From Trueperaceae bacterium (GTDB lineage: Bacteria; Deinococcota; Deinococci; Deinococcales; Trueperaceae), in contig JAXHLW010000001.1 of assembly GCA_034521815.1 (NCBI GenBank), forward strand, positions 192,001 to 256,000: a stretch of DNA of 64,000 nt, given 5' to 3'. A model generated the notes under the pieces. The model was not told where the DNA came from and did no database searches. It worked only from the letters and a program-made list of their open reading frames with translations. Below are positions 39,865 through 51,336 of the stretch, piece by piece. A program made the translations under genes and the position numbers. Positions within the stretch are counted from its first letter, which is position 1. Each line of letters begins with the position of its first letter.

Positions 39865-39960
39865 ATGTCGATCCGTCCGCGTCCAGACCCGCACCCACCG
39901 TTCACGCCCCGGTCGCTCAGGCCGCGAAGCGGCCCCCCGGGTCGCTTTCCGGTCCTGTGA
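39865..39960 (+). CDS. Putative 31-aa Pro/Arg-rich uORF coupled to hisZ
   Basis: TAGGCT at 39850-39855, ATG 39865, TGA overlapping hisZ GTG 39957. Confidence 0.3.
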   Translation: MSIRPRPDPHPPFTPRSLRPRSGPPGRFPVL

Positions 39961-41159
39961 GGCACGTTCTCGCCGACGGCACCCGCGCGCACCTGCCCAC
40001 CGCGGCGGCGACGCGCGACCGTCTTCGCCGGCGACTGTCCGAGCTGTACGTCTCGTGGGGGTACCGGACCGTCGAGGTGCCCGCGCTGGAGCGGTACGAT
40101 CCCGAGCACCCGCGAGCCGCGCAATCGTTCAAGCTCACCGACCGCGACAGCGGCCTGCTGGCGCTGCGCTCCGACTTCACGCCGGCGCTGGCCCGGCTGG
40201 TCCGGCACGCCTGGCCGCACCTGGCCGATCCGGCCTCGAGGCAGAGCGCGATGCGACTCCAGGTCGCCGGTCCGGTCTGGCAGGCGATCGACCCCGAGCT
40301 GGCGCGGACCCGCGAGTTCAGTCAGATCGGGGTCGAGCTGATCGGCGTCCGGCACCCGCGGGCGGACGCCGAGCTGATCCACCTGGCGCGCGAGTCGGTG
40401 CGAACCGTCGGGCTCCGGCCGCGCGTCGAGATCGGCTCGCCGGGCTTCGTGAGGGCGCTCATGGACGAGGCGGCCGTCCCAGGCGGGGTCCGGTCCGCGC
40501 TCGCGGACGCGATCGACCGCAAGGATCCCCACGACGTCGCGACGATGCTGCGCGCCGTGGGGCTCTCCGGACCCGCCGCGGACGCGTTGCGGGCGGCGCC
40601 CGACCTGTACGGCAGCACGGAGCAGCTGGAGGAGGCGCGCCGCGTCGCCACCGGTCCGGCGTCGCGCGCCGCCCTGGACCACCTGGAGGGCGTGCTGGGC
40701 GAGTTCGAGGACGACAGCGAGCTGATCCTCGATCTCGGCATGGCGCGGCGGCTGTCGTACTACACCGGCGTCACCTTCCGGGCGTACACGCTGGACTTCG
40801 GGCAGCCCCTGCTGGGCGGCGGCCGCTACGACGGTGCGCTGCTCCCCTACGCCGCCGGCTTCTCGATCGGCCTGGAGCGGCTCGAGAGCGCCCTGGCCGA
40901 CGCCGAGGGCGACCACGTCGTCGATTCCGCCACGATCTGGGCGCTGTCCACGGACGACGCGGCCGCGAGGCGCCTGCGCGCCGCGGGGTTCGCGGTCGGC
41001 CGCGCCATCGCGACGGACGACGAGGACGCGCTGCAGGAAGCGCGCGACGCCGGCGCGCGCTGGCTGGTGGGGCGTTCCGGGCTCCGTCCGGTGAGCGGCG
41101 CTGGCGACGCGGACGAGCAGGCGCGAATGATGGCCGCGATGGAGGGCGATGATGACTGA
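39957..41159 (+). CDS. hisZ: ATP phosphoribosyltransferase regulatory subunit
   Basis: [43 protein letters not shown]; adjacent to short hisG. Confidence 0.92.
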   Translation: MRHVLADGTRAHLPTAAATRDRLRRRLSELYVSWGYRTVEVPALERYDPEHPRAAQSFKLTDRDSGLLALRSDFTPALARLVRHAWPHLADPASRQSAMRLQVAGPVWQAIDPELARTREFSQIGVELIGVRHPRADAELIHLARESVRTVGLRPRVEIGSPGFVRALMDEAAVPGGVRSALADAIDRKDPHDVATMLRAVGLSGPAADALRAAPDLYGSTEQLEEARRVATGPASRAALDHLEGVLGEFEDDSELILDLGMARRLSYYTGVTFRAYTLDFGQPLLGGGRYDGALLPYAAGFSIGLERLESALADAEGDHVVDSATIWALSTDDAAARRLRAAGFAVGRAIATDDEDALQEARDAGARWLVGRSGLRPVSGAGDADEQARMMAAMEGDDD

Positions 41160-41796
41160 CGCATCACCCAGGCCGCTGGTCGTCGCGCTTCCCAAGGGCC
41201 GGGTGCTGGACGACGCGCTGGCCGCGCTCCGCTCGGCCGGACTCGATCTGCGACTCGACGGAGGCGACCGGGTGCTTCGGCACACGGCGCGGGCCGGCAC
41301 CGTGATCGTGATGCGGAACGCCGACGTGCCCACCTACGTCGATCTGGGCGTGGCCGATGTCGGCGTCGTGGGCAAGGACGTGCTGCTGGAGTCCGGCAGT
41401 CGGATCTACGAGCCGGTGGACCTGGGCTTCGCGGCCTGCCGCATGTCGCTGATCCGACCGCTGGGCGCTCGCGGGGTCGTGCGCCGGGTGGCGACGAAGT
41501 ACCCGAGGGTCACGGCGTCGTACCTGGCTCGCGTCGGCAGCACGGCGGAGGTCGTCGATCTGAAGGGGAACGTCGAGCTGGCTTGCCTCACGGGACTCGC
41601 AGACGCCGTGGTGGACATCGTCGAGACGGGATCCACCCTGGCCGCCAACGAGCTCGAGGAGGTGGACCTGATCCTGCGGTCGTCCGCCCGCTTCGTGGTG
41701 AACCGGGCCGCGCTGAAGCTGCGCGCGGCCGAGCTGAAGCCGCTGATCGCGCGTCTGCGGCGCGCTGCCGCCGGCCAGGAGGCGCACGCAGAGTAG
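41152..41796 (+). CDS. hisG: ATP phosphoribosyltransferase, short form
   Basis: [39 protein letters not shown]. Confidence 0.95.
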   Translation: MTDASPRPLVVALPKGRVLDDALAALRSAGLDLRLDGGDRVLRHTARAGTVIVMRNADVPTYVDLGVADVGVVGKDVLLESGSRIYEPVDLGFAACRMSLIRPLGARGVVRRVATKYPRVTASYLARVGSTAEVVDLKGNVELACLTGLADAVVDIVETGSTLAANELEEVDLILRSSARFVVNRAALKLRAAELKPLIARLRRAAAGQEAHAE

Positions 41797-42921
41797 TCAC
41801 CACCATCCCCGCCGCCGGAAGCCCTGGGCCAGCCCGAACGCCAGCGTGATCATCGCCAGCCACAGGGCAGGGTAGGCCCAGCGCCAGCCGAGCTCCGGCA
41901 TGTGCTGAAAGTTCATGCCGTAGACGCCGACGATGAACGTCAGCGGGATGAAGACGGTGCTGATCACGGTGAGCACCTTCATCACTTCGTTCATTCGGAA
42001 CGACAGGGTCGACAGCGTCGACTCCTGCAGGCCGGAGAGAAGCTCGCGCAGCGTCTCGACGGCGTCGACCGCCTGCACGGCGTGGTCGTGCACGTCACCG
42101 AGGAAGGTGCGCGCCTCGCGTCCCAGCAGCTCCGTGTCGTCCCGCAGAAGGCCCGCCAGCAGGTCCCGGGTCGGCCAGACCGTGCGCCGCAGCTGCAGCG
42201 CGTCCATCCGCAGGGCGTGGATGCGCTGCAGGTGGGCGGGCGAGGGTCGACGGAACGCTTCGTCCTCCAGGTCCACGATCGCGTCGCCGTAGCGCTCGAG
42301 CAGCGCGAAGGCCTCCTCGACGACCGTGTCGACGAGCGCGTAGGCCAGGTAGTCGGGTCCACCGGTGCGCAGGCGCGAGCCGGTCCGCCTGATGCGCGCG
42401 CGGACGCCGTCGAACGGGTCGCCCGGACGCTCCTGGAACGTGACCACCAGGCGGGGACCGATCACGATCGAGACCTGCTCGGCCTCGAGCCCGGGGTGCT
42501 CCGAATCGTCGGCGACACGGAGCGAGCGCATCACGATCAACAGCGCCTCGTCGACGCTCTCGTGCTTGGGACGCTGCCCGACGTTGGCGATGTCCTCGAT
42601 CCACAACGGATGCAGTCCCAGCACGCGACCGAGCTCGCTGAGGAAGGCGTGGTCGGCGAGGCCCACCACGTCGATCCAGGTCATCTCGTCGCCGGGCGCG
42701 GCGGCGAGCCGTAGCGCGGTGGCGGCGTCGATCTCGCGCTCGTCGAGCGAGGTGGGCCCGAAGCGGAGCAGGCGCACGCGCGTCGCGACGGGTGGATGGT
42801 GGCCCGTGTAGGTCACCGAGCCGGGAGCGCCGGGCGTCGCGCGCCGACCGGTCAGGCGCCGGGAGGCGCGACCGACGGCACGTCCCGATCGGCGCAGGGA
42901 AGGATCGTCGCTGGCGTTCAT
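41797..42921 (-). CDS. corA: Magnesium/cobalt transporter CorA
   Basis: WIDV.G, LHPL..EDI, QRPK, MNEVMKVLT, YGMNF..MPEL. Confidence 0.95.
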   Translation of the reverse strand: MNASDDPSLRRSGRAVGRASRRLTGRRATPGAPGSVTYTGHHPPVATRVRLLRFGPTSLDEREIDAATALRLAAAPGDEMTWIDVVGLADHAFLSELGRVLGLHPLWIEDIANVGQRPKHESVDEALLIVMRSLRVADDSEHPGLEAEQVSIVIGPRLVVTFQERPGDPFDGVRARIRRTGSRLRTGGPDYLAYALVDTVVEEAFALLERYGDAIVDLEDEAFRRPSPAHLQRIHALRMDALQLRRTVWPTRDLLAGLLRDDTELLGREARTFLGDVHDHAVQAVDAVETLRELLSGLQESTLSTLSFRMNEVMKVLTVISTVFIPLTFIVGVYGMNFQHMPELGWRWAYPALWLAMITLAFGLAQGFRRRGWW

Positions 42922-43019
42922 GGAGCGAGCCTAGCGGACGAGGGGCGACCGCGGGGTTCGGGAAGCGGGGTTCGGGAGGCGGCGGGAGCGACCCGGCGGA
43001 GCCGAGGTACGCTCCCGCC

Positions 43020-44222
43020 ATGACGCACTCCTGGATCGCGACCGCACGCGCCGAGATGGCCCGACAGGGACTCGCCGGTTGGCTTCTGTACGACTTCCGC
43101 GGCAGCAACCCGTTCGCCGCTCGCTTCCTCGACTTTCCCGGCAGCTTCCTGAGCCGGCGCGTGTTCGCGCTCGTGCCGGTCGAGGGACCCCCCGTGGTGC
43201 TCGTCAGCGTGCTCGAGGCGGGCTCGCTGCAGGCCGACGGCTTCGAGATCCGCAGCTACGCCGGCCGCGATTCGCTCGAGGAGGAGCTGCGGCGACTGAT
43301 CCCGTCCGGGAAGATCGCGATGGAGGTCTCGCCGCGGGCCGACCTGCCCTACGTCTCGGTCGTCGACGCCGGCACGGTCCAGCTCGTCGAGGACCTCGGC
43401 GGCCAGGTCGTCTCCTCGGGCGAGCTGCTGCAGGCGTTCGCCGCCTGGAGCGAGCGGCAGATCCGGGATCATCGCGAGGCCGCCGCGGGCGTGATGGCGG
43501 TGCTCGACGAGGCGTTCGCGTTCGTGCGAGCACGGACCGAGGCCGGCGAGGAGCTGCGCGAGACGCAGGTCCAGGACGTCATCGCCGACGGCTTCGAGCG
43601 GCGCGGTCTGGTGTACGAGCACCGGGCGATCGTCGGGTTCGGACCGAACGCGGGCGATCCGCACTACTCGCCGCGGACCGGATCGGACCGTGTGCTGACC
43701 CCCGGCGACCCGATCCTGATCGACCTGTTCGCGAGGAAACCGGACGAGGGCGCGCCGTACGGAGACGTCACCTGGATGGGCGTCTACGGCGAGCCCGAGC
43801 CCGCGTTCGTGCGCGCCTTCGAGGCCGTCGTCGCGGCCCGCGAGATCGGCGTCGACACGATCCGGACGGCGTGGGCCGAGGATCGTCGCCCGCAAGGGCG
43901 CGAGATCGACCGCGCGGTCCGCGATCACCTGGACGCGGCCGGCTACGAGGGCGCGTTCGTGCACCGCACCGGCCACAGCCTGGGTTGGCGCCACACGCAC
44001 GGCGAGGCGGTCCACCTCGACGACTTCGAGACGCGCGACGTGCGGACCTTGCGGCCCGGCATCGGCCTCACCATCGAGCCCGGCGTGTACCTCCCCGACT
44101 TCGGCGTCCGCAGCGAGCTCGACCTGATCCTGGGCGAGGACGGACCGGAGGTCACGACGGGCGAGCAGAGCGAGCTGGTGCGCGTGCCGCTGGGTCCGCA
44201 TCACGCAGCCGCGAGAGGGTGA
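43020..44222 (+). CDS. M24 family metallopeptidase (Xaa-Pro-like)
   Basis: PHY, LID...D.T, HRTGH, TIEPG.Y...FGVRSE. Confidence 0.9.
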   Translation: MTHSWIATARAEMARQGLAGWLLYDFRGSNPFAARFLDFPGSFLSRRVFALVPVEGPPVVLVSVLEAGSLQADGFEIRSYAGRDSLEEELRRLIPSGKIAMEVSPRADLPYVSVVDAGTVQLVEDLGGQVVSSGELLQAFAAWSERQIRDHREAAAGVMAVLDEAFAFVRARTEAGEELRETQVQDVIADGFERRGLVYEHRAIVGFGPNAGDPHYSPRTGSDRVLTPGDPILIDLFARKPDEGAPYGDVTWMGVYGEPEPAFVRAFEAVVAAREIGVDTIRTAWAEDRRPQGREIDRAVRDHLDAAGYEGAFVHRTGHSLGWRHTHGEAVHLDDFETRDVRTLRPGIGLTIEPGVYLPDFGVRSELDLILGEDGPEVTTGEQSELVRVPLGPHHAAARG

Positions 44223-44299
44223 TCTCCGCGCTCGACGAGGGCGTCGCCATCGCCCGCGTCGCCACGGTCGAAGCGGTCACCCGGTGCTAGCGTGAGCGC

Positions 44300-45265
44300 A
44301 TGACGAGCACCCTGTGGGTCGTCGGCGACTTCGCCTGGGACGTGCTGATCCGCACGAACACCGCCTTGCAGGCCGGCGGCGACACGTACGGCGAGGTGAA
44401 CCTGGCGCCGGGCGGCTCCGCGGCGAACGCCGCGGTGTGGGCGCGGCGCTGCGGCACCCCGACGGCGTTCGCCGGCAAGGTCGGGCGCGACCGGCTGGGC
44501 GACCTCGCCGAAGAGGAGCTGGAGGACGAACAGCTCGAGACGTGGCTGGTCCGGAGCGAGACGCAGGCGACCGGCTCGGTCGCGGTGTGGATCGACCACC
44601 AGGGCCAGCGCTCGATGGTGTCGGGCAAGGGGGCCGACCACTACCTTCTGCCCTCCGAGCTGCCGCGAGAGCAGCTTCGCGGCGCGAAGCATCTGCACCT
44701 CTCGGCCTGGTCGTTCTTCGCGAACCCGCCACGGACCGCGGTGCGCGAGGCGGCCAGGCTGGCGAAGAGCGGCGGCGCGACGGTGTCGTTCGACCCCGCC
44801 AGCTTCCAGCTGATCGAGCACACCGGTGTCGACCGGTTCATGCGCTTCACCGAGGGGCTCGGGATCGACCTGCTGTTCCCGAACGTCGACGAGGGGCGCG
44901 TCCTGTCGGGCGAGACCGACCCCGAGCGGATGATCCCCGCCCTGGCCGAGCGCTATCCGGGCACGCGGATCGTGCTGAAGCTCGACGCGAAGGGGGCCCG
45001 GGTGCAGACGTCGCCCAGCGAGAGCGTGCTCGTTCCGCCGGTCGAGAGCCAGCTGTTGGACGCCACCGGAGCGGGCGACGCCTTCGCCGGCGCGTTCCTG
45101 TCCCGCTGGCTGCGTGACGGCGACGCCGTCGACGCGACCCGCTTCGCGACCGGCGTCTCCGCCTGGGTGATCGAGCACATCGGTGCCCGCCCCAAGCCCG
45201 ACGCCCGGCTACGGGAGCGGTTGGCGTTCGACGAGGAGGAGCGAGCGTCGGCGGACGAGCCGTGA
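44300..45265 (+). CDS. PfkB/ribokinase-family sugar kinase
   Basis: [26 protein letters not shown]. Confidence 0.92.
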   Translation: MTSTLWVVGDFAWDVLIRTNTALQAGGDTYGEVNLAPGGSAANAAVWARRCGTPTAFAGKVGRDRLGDLAEEELEDEQLETWLVRSETQATGSVAVWIDHQGQRSMVSGKGADHYLLPSELPREQLRGAKHLHLSAWSFFANPPRTAVREAARLAKSGGATVSFDPASFQLIEHTGVDRFMRFTEGLGIDLLFPNVDEGRVLSGETDPERMIPALAERYPGTRIVLKLDAKGARVQTSPSESVLVPPVESQLLDATGAGDAFAGAFLSRWLRDGDAVDATRFATGVSAWVIEHIGARPKPDARLRERLAFDEEERASADEP

Positions 45266-46593
45266 ACGTCGGCGGTCCCGATCCCTCGTCCGCCAGCGGG
45301 TCCGACCGGCCGTCGGCCGAGCGGTCCGACGTGATCGTCGTCGGCGCCGGGCTGGCCGGCCTGACGGCGGCCCGCGAGCTGCGGCGGGCGGGTCGCTCGG
45401 TCGTCGTGCTCGAGGCGTCCGACCGGGTGGGCGGACGGGTTCGGACCGATCGGATCGACGGCTTCCTCGTCGACCGTGGCTTTCAGGTCCTGTTCCCGGC
45501 GTATCCGGCGTACCGTCGGCAGCTGCGGCGCGACGGGCCCGCCTTGGCGCACGTCCCGCCCAGCGCGGTGTTGCGCGACGGTCGGGGCCCGGTGGAGGTC
45601 GTGGGCGATCCCCTGCGCGATCCGGCCGTACGCGGCGCCCTGCCTACCTTGCGGTCGCTGGGCCCACTGGACCTGGCCCGGCTCGGACGGCTGGTGGCGG
45701 AGGTGCTCACGCAGCCGCCGCAGGCCTGTCTGGCCGGACCCGACGAGCCATCGTTCGCGTTTCTGGAGCGTCGCGGCTTCTCGGCGACGGCCCGCACGCG
45801 CTTCTTCGTGCCGTTCTTCGGTGGCGTGTTCCTGGATCGGGAGCTGCGCACCAGCGCCCGCCTGCTCCGCTACGTGCTGCGGATGCTGGTGCTGGGGGGT
45901 GCTGCGCGGCCGGTCGGCGGGATGGAGAGGATCCCCGAGGCGCTGGCGCGCGGGAGCGACGTTCGGACGGGGCGGCGGGTGGACCGCCTGCACGCGGACG
46001 GAGACGAGGTGCAGGTGGTCTTGACCGCAGGGGGCGGCATGACGGCGCGCGACGTCGTGGTCGCGACCGATCCGCCCGAGGCGGCCAGGTTGGCGCACGT
46101 GGCCGTCCCTCCCGGCGCGCGCGGTGCGATCTACCTGGCCTTCGCCGCGCCCGCCGGCATCGACGACGAACCCAGGCTGATCCTCGGGGACGGAGGTCCC
46201 GTGAACGACGCCTGCTGGCTGTCGAACGGCGATCCCACCCTCGCTCCGCCCGGTCGCGCGCTGCTGTCGGTCACGGTGCTGGAGGCGGCCGACCCCGAGC
46301 GCGACGACGAGGCGCTGACGAGGCGGGTCCGTGCGACGCTGCGCGGCTGGTACGGCCCGCGCGCGTCCGAGCTGGAGCTCTTGCGCCTGCTGCGGATCCC
46401 CTACGCCCAGTTCGCGCAACCACCGGGCATCGGCGGCTTGCTGGCCCCGGTTCGTACGCCCGTGCCGCACGTGTGGCTGGCGTCCGAGGCGACCCGCGGC
46501 TGCTCGATCCAGGGCGCCATCGAGGGCGGCGAGCAGGCGGCCGCCGCGATCCTCTCGGACGCCGCCGTGCTGGGACGGCCGCGAGGCGCCTGA
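45262..46593 (+). CDS. FAD-dependent oxidoreductase (amine oxidase / phytoene desaturase-like)
   Basis: [30 protein letters not shown]. Confidence 0.85.
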   Translation: MNVGGPDPSSASGSDRPSAERSDVIVVGAGLAGLTAARELRRAGRSVVVLEASDRVGGRVRTDRIDGFLVDRGFQVLFPAYPAYRRQLRRDGPALAHVPPSAVLRDGRGPVEVVGDPLRDPAVRGALPTLRSLGPLDLARLGRLVAEVLTQPPQACLAGPDEPSFAFLERRGFSATARTRFFVPFFGGVFLDRELRTSARLLRYVLRMLVLGGAARPVGGMERIPEALARGSDVRTGRRVDRLHADGDEVQVVLTAGGGMTARDVVVATDPPEAARLAHVAVPPGARGAIYLAFAAPAGIDDEPRLILGDGGPVNDACWLSNGDPTLAPPGRALLSVTVLEAADPERDDEALTRRVRATLRGWYGPRASELELLRLLRIPYAQFAQPPGIGGLLAPVRTPVPHVWLASEATRGCSIQGAIEGGEQAAAAILSDAAVLGRPRGA

Positions 46594-46633
46594 GCGCCAG
46601 GTCGGCGAGCGGTCGCAGCCGTGCGGCCCGGGC

Positions 46634-47847
<1,214 letters not shown>

Positions 47848-47851
<4 letters not shown>

Positions 47852-48489
47852 GACGCCGCCTCCGTGTCGTCGCCCGAGAGGGCGGCGGCCCTCGCGGCGT
47901 AGCGGGCCATGATGTCCGCCTCCAGGTTGACCTGGTCGCCGGGGTGCAGGTCGCCCAGCGTGGTGACCTGGAGCGTGTGCGGAATCAGCCACAGCGTGAA
48001 GGTGTCGGCCGCCATCGCCGGGTCGGTGCCGCCGGGCCCCCCGACGTCGACCACGGTGAGGCTGACGCCGTCGACGGTGATGCTCCCTTTCGGAACGAGC
48101 CAGCGAGCCAGCTCGTCCGGGGCCTCGACGCGGAGCACGGTGGCTCCCTCGTGGTCGGTCCGTGCGGTGACGGTGCCGACCCCCTCGACGTGTCCGGCGA
48201 CGACGTGCCCGCCGAAGCGCCCGTTCGCCGGCATGGCGCGTTCGAGGTTCACGGCAGCGCCCTCGTGCCAGCGCGGCGCGGTCGCGCGCACCGACTCGTC
48301 GGTCAGCTCGACCTCGAACGCCGGCGCGTCGACCGCGACGGCCGTCAGGCAGCAGCCCGACACGGCCACCGAGTCGCCGACCTTCAGATCGGAGAGGACC
48401 GCGTCGCCCTCGATCCGAAGGCGTAGATCTCCGTGCGTCCGACCGACCGCCGTGACGCGTCCGACCTCTTCCACGATCCCGGTGAACAT
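47848..48489 (-). CDS. ribE: Riboflavin synthase (alpha)
   Basis: [40 protein letters not shown]. Confidence 0.96.
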
Positions 48490-49724
48490 CAGATTCGTCC
48501 TTCCTGGACGGCGACCGTGCTGGCCGCGTCCTCGCTGGCCGCGTTGTCGTCGACGGCGCCTGCGACGGGGGCGGCCGGATAGCGGACGCGCCCGGTGAGC
48601 AGCAGGTCGGTTCCGCTGGTCTCGCTCCGCAGGTCGTCGAGCTCGAACGCCTCGTCCATGGTCGTGACGCCCATCCCGCCGAGCGGGGTGGCGCCGTTCC
48701 CTCCGAGCAGCTTGGGCCCGATGAACCAGGCCACCCGGTCGATGGCTCTCGCCTCGAGGAACGACCAGGCGAGGGTTCCGCCGCCTTCCAGCAGCACGCT
48801 GCGCACCTCGCGCCGGTGAAGCTCCCCGAGCGCGCCACGGACCGACGGTCGTCCCTTCGGACCGTCCAGCGTCACGACCTCCGCGCCCACGTCGCGCAGC
48901 GCGGCGATGCGGTCGCCGGGCGCCGACGGGCCCACGAACACCGTGACCCGGGCCGGCGCGCCGCCTGCGTCCGGCGCCAAGAGCGCCGCGCCCGTCGGCG
49001 TGCGAGCCAGCGAGTCGAACACGACCTTGCGCGGAGTCCGGCCGTGCTCGACGCGGGCCGTCAGCCGCGGATCGTCGAGCAGCACGGTGGACACGCCGAC
49101 GGCGACGGCGTCGAGCTCGTGCCGCCAGCGCTGGACGCGTTCCCTCGAGGCCTCCCCGGTGATCCAGCGGGAATGCCCCGTGCGGGTGGCGATCTTGCCG
49201 TCCAGCGTCATCGCCGTCTTGTACAGCACGAACGGCCGGCTCAGAAGCTGCGAGGTGCGGAACACCTCGTTCTGACGCTCCGCCTCGTCGCCGCGGACGC
49301 CGACATCGACCGCGACACCGGCGTCGCGAAGTCGGCGGACGCCGGAGCCGTCGACCAGCGGGTTCGGATCGAGGGTCGCGACGACCACGCGTCGCACCCC
49401 TGCATCGATCAGCGCCAGGCTGCACGGCGGCGTACGGCCGTGGTGATCGCACGGCTCCAGGGTGACGTAGGCGGTAGCCCCCTTCGCCGCATCGCCGGCC
49501 TCGCGCAAGGCGACGATCTCGGCGTGGTCCTCGCCCGCCCGCCGGTGGTACCCCTCGCCCACGATCGCGCCGTCGCTCACCAGAACGCATCCCACCAGCG
49601 GGTTGGGCGAGGTGGTTCCGCGGCCCTGCTCGGCGAGGTCGAGGGCGCGCGCCATGAAGCGCTCGTCGGCGTCGGATGGGTCGGTCGGGCCCCGCGGGTC
49701 CGGGTGTTCTCGGGTCCACTCCAT
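48489..49724 (-). CDS. ribD: Riboflavin biosynthesis deaminase/reductase (start 49724 or 49760)
   Basis: PNPLVGC, HAE, TLEPC.H.GRTPPC, TLDGK, WIT, EGG. Confidence 0.95.
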   Translation of the reverse strand: MEWTREHPDPRGPTDPSDADERFMARALDLAEQGRGTTSPNPLVGCVLVSDGAIVGEGYHRRAGEDHAEIVALREAGDAAKGATAYVTLEPCDHHGRTPPCSLALIDAGVRRVVVATLDPNPLVDGSGVRRLRDAGVAVDVGVRGDEAERQNEVFRTSQLLSRPFVLYKTAMTLDGKIATRTGHSRWITGEASRERVQRWRHELDAVAVGVSTVLLDDPRLTARVEHGRTPRKVVFDSLARTPTGAALLAPDAGGAPARVTVFVGPSAPGDRIAALRDVGAEVVTLDGPKGRPSVRGALGELHRREVRSVLLEGGGTLAWSFLEARAIDRVAWFIGPKLLGGNGATPLGGMGVTTMDEAFELDDLRSETSGTDLLLTGRVRYPAAPVAGAVDDNAASEDAASTVAVQEGRI

Positions 49725-49761
49725 GCGGTCGCGTGCGCGAGGGTCGTCGCGCCGCTCCACC

Positions 49762-49887
49762 TCCTTCTCTCATCCGGACTGTCACCGTCGGTGCCGGAGT
49801 CTCACCGGCTCGGGCCTTTCGGCTTCGCGGACTCGCGCTCGTGCGCTCACCGCCGGTCGGGGATTTCACCCTGCCCTGAAGGATGCG
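49762..49887 (-). ncRNA. FMN riboswitch (RFN element)
   Basis: Minus strand reads ATCCTTCAGGGCAGGGTGAAATCCCCGACCGGCGGT...AGTCCGCGA...CCGGTGAGACTCCGGCACCGACGGTGACAGTCCGGATGAGAGAAGGA, upstream of ribD. -10 TATACT at 49929-49924. Confidence 0.96.
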
Positions 49888-50022
49888 TTCGTGCCGTGGC
49901 CCTTGTCTCGGGGCCGCGCAGGAAGTATAAAGCGACCGCCGGGTCCGCACCGTAGGCCGTGCGTCCGACAGGGCGCGTCGGTGCTCCGTCCGACGCGGAC
50001 GCACCGCTGGCATGATGGGCGC

Positions 50023-51336
50023 ATGGATCACGAACACGTTCTAGGTGCCTACGCCGACCTCGCCGTTCAGGTGGGCGTCGGCCTTCGCGCAGGGCAGCGG
50101 CTGTTGCTGCGCAGCCCGCTGACCGCCGCACCGCTGGCCCGCCGCATCGTGGCGGCCGCCTACCGGGCAGGCTCGCCGTACGTGCACGTCCAGTGGACCG
50201 ACGAGGAGGTGACCAAGGCGCGCTACCTGCTGGCGCCGGAGGGAAGCTTCGAGGAGGTTCCGCTCGGCCAGGCCGAGGCGCTCGAGGCGATGGCCGAACG
50301 CGGCGACGCGCTGGTCTCGATCTCCGCCTCCGATCCCGAGGCGTTGGCGGCGGCCGATCCGGAGCGGGTCGCGACCGGTCGGGCCGCGCTGCAGCGAGCG
50401 CTGGCGCCGTTCACGCGCCACGTGATGGCGGACCGGGTGCCCTGGACGATCCTGGCCGTTCCGACACCGGCCTGGGCCTGCAAGGTGTTCCCGGACGCGA
50501 GCGAGGAGACGGCGGTCGCGAAGCTGTGGGACGCCATCCTGACGGCGACGCGGATGGATCTCGCCGATCCGGTCGCGGCTTGGCGCGAGCACGTCGCGAC
50601 GCTCGAGGCGCGCGCCGCACGCCTCGATCGACGGGCGTACCACGCCCTCAGGTTCCGCGGGCCGGGGACGGATCTGGTCGTCGGGCTGGCCGACGGGCAC
50701 GTCTGGAAGGGGGGCGCCAGCGTCACGCCGACGGGCCAGACGTTCGTCCCGAACCTGCCCACCGAGGAGGTCTTTACCGCTCCTCACCGTGAGCGTGTCG
50801 ATGGCACCGTACGCGCCAGCCTGCCTCTCGCGTACGGCGGACGTCTGATCGAGGGGTTCCGGCTCCGCTTCGAGCGTGGCCGGGTGGTCGAGGCGCATGC
50901 CGACCGCGGACAGGAGGTGCTCGATCGGTTGTTGGACACCGACGAGGGCGCCCGCAGGCTGGGCGAGGTCGCGTTGGTGTCGGTCGATAGCCCGATCCAC
51001 CGCAGCGGCCTGTTGTTCCTGAACACCCTCTTCGACGAGAACGCCGCCAGCCATCTGGCCTTGGGTCGGGCGTACCGCTTCTGCTTGGCTGGCGGGGTCG
51101 AGGCCGACGACGAGACGGTCGCAGCCGCCGGGCTGAACGAGAGCCTGGTCCACGTCGACTTCATGATCGGCTCGCCCGAGATCGACGTCGACGGCGTGCA
51201 CGCGGACGGCGCGTCCGAGCCGGTGATGCGGGACGGCCGGTTCGTCAGGTTGACCGGCGATCGTGGGCCCGGGCCCGGTCCCGCTGGGCGACGACCCAGC
51301 GACGGGCGCCGGGTCGCTGGTATCGTCGCGACATGA
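50023..51336 (+). CDS. Aminopeptidase, M29 (AmpT/PepS) family
   Basis: [43 protein letters not shown]. Confidence 0.93.
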   Translation: MDHEHVLGAYADLAVQVGVGLRAGQRLLLRSPLTAAPLARRIVAAAYRAGSPYVHVQWTDEEVTKARYLLAPEGSFEEVPLGQAEALEAMAERGDALVSISASDPEALAAADPERVATGRAALQRALAPFTRHVMADRVPWTILAVPTPAWACKVFPDASEETAVAKLWDAILTATRMDLADPVAAWREHVATLEARAARLDRRAYHALRFRGPGTDLVVGLADGHVWKGGASVTPTGQTFVPNLPTEEVFTAPHRERVDGTVRASLPLAYGGRLIEGFRLRFERGRVVEAHADRGQEVLDRLLDTDEGARRLGEVALVSVDSPIHRSGLLFLNTLFDENAASHLALGRAYRFCLAGGVEADDETVAAAGLNESLVHVDFMIGSPEIDVDGVHADGASEPVMRDGRFVRLTGDRGPGPGPAGRRPSDGRRVAGIVAT

